Shown one piece after another: positions 60,876 to 64,000 of a stretch of DNA of 64,000 nt; within the stretch, counting starts at the first letter, position 1, and the number at the start of each line of letters is the position of its first letter. The notes under the pieces were generated by a model, which was given only the letters and a program-made list of their open reading frames with translations, ran no database searches and was not told where the DNA came from. Source of the stretch: Scenedesmus sp. PABB004. Lineage: Eukaryota. A program made the translations under genes and the position numbers. The stretch covers positions 1 through 64,000 of the forward strand of contig JABVCE010000024.1 in NCBI GenBank assembly GCA_014905635.1, given 5' to 3'.

Positions 60876-63800
60876 ATGGAGGGCCGGGCACCTGCCCAAC
60901 CAGCTCTGGAGGCCCCTCCCGCGCCCAACGCGGCCCGCGCCGCCGCAGCGCCCGCCCCGGAGGCCGCCCCGGACCCACCCAGGCCCGAGGCGCCGCCGCT
61001 GACGGCGGGCGGCGCGGCGGCGGGCGCGGCGGCGGCGGCGCAGCAGCAGCAGCACCCGCCGCCGTGTGCCCCGGACGCGGCGGAGGCCACGGCGGCCGCC
61101 GGGCGGCTGCTCTCCGAGGTGCTGCAGGCCCTCCTCGAGCGCACGCATGAGACCGGCGGCGCGGGCGGCGTGGGGCCCTCGATCGCCGCCGCGCTGGAGC
61201 AGGCGCAGCGGCAGGCGGTCGGCGGCGCCGGCGCGGCGGCCGGCGGCGGCGCGCCGCAGCCACAGGCGGCGGGCGACGCCGGCAGCGGCGGCGCCGCCGC
61301 GCCGGAGGGCTCGCTGGCCGACCTGGCGCTCTGGCCGTGCGTGAGCCAGGCCATCGAGGCCGCGCTGGCGGAGCCGATGTTTGGGCTCGAGGGCGCCACG
61401 GTGACCGCGATGCTCGAGGCGGCGCTGCTCATCATGCCGGCCGAGCAGCGCGCCGCGGCGCTGGACGGCTTTGCCGCGCGCTTCACGTCCACCTTTGCGG
61501 CGCTGATGCAGGACGGCCTGCCCGCGCTGGGCGACGAGGAGGAGCAGGAGCCGCCGCAGGCGGGCGACGGCGAGGCGGCGCCGCAGCAGCCGGCGCAGCG
61601 GCTGCAGCCGCAGCAGCAGCCGCAGCAGGAGCCGCAGCCGCAGCCGCAGCAGCAGCCGCAGCAGGAGCAGGAGCAGGTGGAGGCGCCAGGGCGGCTGCCG
61701 GCGCCGGCTCCGGCGCCGGCGCCGGCGGAAGCGCCACGCGAGCAGCAGCCGCGCGAGCAGCTTCCGCAGGGCCAGCGGCAGGCGCTCGCGAACGGCGAGC
61801 GGTGCAGCGACGCCCAGCAGGGGCCAGCCGCAGGCGCGGAGCAGCGGCCGGCGGTGCAGGCCGGCAAGGCGCCGCAGTCGCGGCGGGCCTCGCCGGACAC
61901 CCCGGCCACCAACGCCGTCCCCGTCGACGGCTCCTCGCCCGAGACCGGCGGCACGAGCGGCAGCCGCGGCCACCACGGCAGCGAGGGGCCGGCCATCGAC
62001 CGGGCCGCCATAGCCGCGGCGCTGCATGCGCTGGTCGCCCCGGCGGCGGCGGCGGCGGCGGCGCAGCCTGCGATGGGGCCGCCTGCGGCGGCGCAGCCTG
62101 TGGCGGCGCAGGCTGTGGCGGCGCAGGCTGCTGCGTCGCCGGCGCCGCTGGCGCCGCCGGCGGCCGCGCGGCAGCTGCCGCTGCAGCAGGCGCCGTCGCC
62201 GGCGGCCGCGCGGCAGCTGCCGCTGCAGCAGGCGCCGTCGCCGGCGGCCGCGCGGCAGCTGCCGCTGCAGCAGGCGCCGTCGCCGGCGGCCGCGCGGCAG
62301 CTGCCGCTGCAGCAGGCGCCGTCGCCGGCGGCCGCGCGGCAGCTGCCGCTGCAGCAGGCGCCGTCGCCGGCGGCCGCGCGGCAGCTGCCGCTGCAGCAGC
62401 CGCAGGAGGAGCTGCAGCATGCGCCACCGCCGCGGCCGCAGCGGCCGCAGCAGGACCCGCAGCAGCAGCCGCAGCTGCAGCCGCTGCAGGAGCAGCTGCC
62501 GCACCCGCAGCAGCCGCAGCCGCAGCCGCTGCAGGACCCGCTGCAGGGGCAGCTGCAGGAGCATGGTGAGGATGACTGGGAGGAGGAGATGGAGGAGGAG
62601 GAGGAGGAGGAGGAGGAGGAGGAGGAGCAGGACCAGGAGATGGAGGGCCAGGAGGAGGAGGAGCAGCAGCAGCAGCAGCAGGCTGCGATGGCGCCTCCCG
62701 TGCAGCGCCGGCAGCGGCTGCTGCAGCAACTGCAGCAGCTGCAGCAGCAGCAGCGCCAGAACGAGCAGGAGCAGCAGCAGCAGCAGCAGGCCGTGATGGC
62801 GCTGCCCCCGCAGCAGCAGCAGCAGGCTGTGATGGCGCTGCCCCTGCCGCAGCAGCAGCAGCTGCTGCTCAAGCTGCTGCAGCAGCTGCAGCAGCAGCAG
62901 CAGCCGGCCGCGCTGGCGCCGCCCCCGCAGCAGCAGCAGCAGCAGCAGCCGGCGGCGGCGATGGCCCCGCCCCCGCAGCAGCGGGGCAGCACGCACGGGC
63001 GCGCGACGCAGTCGCCTCGGGCGCTGGGCGAGGCGGCGTCCCCGGGGGAGAGCGCAGAGGCGGCCCTGGCCGCCAGCGTCGCGGCGGCGGCGGCCGCCGC
63101 CGCGGCGGCCGGCGGGGCGGGCCGGACGTACCAGGCGGTCCGAGCGCTGGCCCAGGCGCCGCCGCTGCAGGCGCACCGTCAGATGGCAGCAATGGTCGAC
63201 GCGCTGCGCCAGCCAGCGCACGCGCCCGCGGCGCCGCAGCCGGCGCCGCAGGAGGGCGGCGCGCAGCTGCAGGCCATGCTGCAGCGGGCGCTCGCGCACG
63301 CGCGGCCCCCGGCCGGCCGCTGCCGGCGGGCGTCGCGGCGCAGCTCGGCGCGCCCGCCGGCGCCGCGCCGCAGGGGCTGATGGTGGACGCGCTCATGACG
63401 CGAATGGAGCACGAGCTGCCCGGCGCGCTGGAGGCGGTGGCCGCGCTGGTCGGCGCGCCGGGGCGCGCCGCGCGGCCCGCGCCGCGCGGCGCCGGCCCGC
63501 GCGATGGCGACGGCGCCGCGCAGTCGCCGGCGCAGCTCGGCGGCAAGCGCCAGCGCGAGGCCGACCGCGCCGACCGCGCCCTCGACCTGCTGGCGGTCCT
63601 GGAGCAGCTGGCGCCGGAGCAGTGGGGCGAGCTCAAGAGTGCGATCGTCCGCCGCGTCGCGGGCGGCAGCGCGGGCAGCGACGCGGCGGCGGCGCCGGCG
63701 GCGCCGCGCCAGCCCACGCCCCAGAGCCGCGCGCTGGTGGCGGTGCCGGCGGACAGCGTGGGCTCGCTGACGACGGTCGACGTGCACATGGCGGGCCAGC

Positions 63801-64000
63801 TGCAGACCGCGGCGCACGCCGTGCGCGTCGCGCAGCAGCAGTACCAGGACCTGCGGGCCTTCGCCAAGGAGAAGGCGCGCGAGCTGCGGGCGCAGCGCGC
63901 CGCCGAGCTCGCGCGGCGCGAGGCGCAGGCGCTGCGCGCGCAGCAGCAGCAGGTGCTCTCGCTGCTGCACAGCCACGCCGCCGGGCTGGGCGGCCCGCCG
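60876..64000 (+). CDS. Low-complexity Gln/Ala/Pro/Glu-rich hypothetical protein, continuing past the window end
   Basis: 834-aa ORF with helical patches (SLADLALWPCVSQAIEAALAEPMFGL); coding-like sequence continues in another frame after about 63320 (likely indel). Confidence 0.6.
62156..62399 (+). repeat. Coding 42-bp tandem repeat, about 6 copies (PAAARQLPLQQAPS)
   Basis: (gccggcggccgcgcggcagctgccgctgcagcaggcgccgtc)n. Confidence 0.93.

Overview
Very GC-rich, intron-dense eukaryotic nuclear DNA, most consistent with a chlorophyte green alga (Sphaeropleales-like; inferred from gene content, intron style and TGTAA signals). The window opens with a ~173-bp tandem satellite. It then carries about 17 spliced genes: type II NADH dehydrogenase, PF16/SPAG6, a MYND-finger protein, a secreted precursor, fibrillin, SelF-like, RCC1, a coiled-coil protein, TOP3A, an RRM/KH protein, SelO, COX4-like, a CLC channel, Mpv17 and others. 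Three features stand out. (1) A 7.5-kb insertion (22624-30155) splits an RCC1 repeat between two codons. It has hairpins at both ends, no recognisable transposase, telomere-like repeats, and an intact lower-GC cargo gene for a large secreted Cys/Trp-rich protein. (2) That insertion sits inside a 16.2-kb block that starts within an Mbb1-like gene and ends within a multicopper oxidase gene; the block is flanked by a ~3.4-kb near-identical direct duplication (real rearrangement or haplotype misjoin). (3) About a fifth of the introns I could trace use a GC donor, always as AG|GCG. Gene models were traced by eye, so starts and some exon boundaries are approximate. Most long ORFs in the track are GC-driven artefacts.
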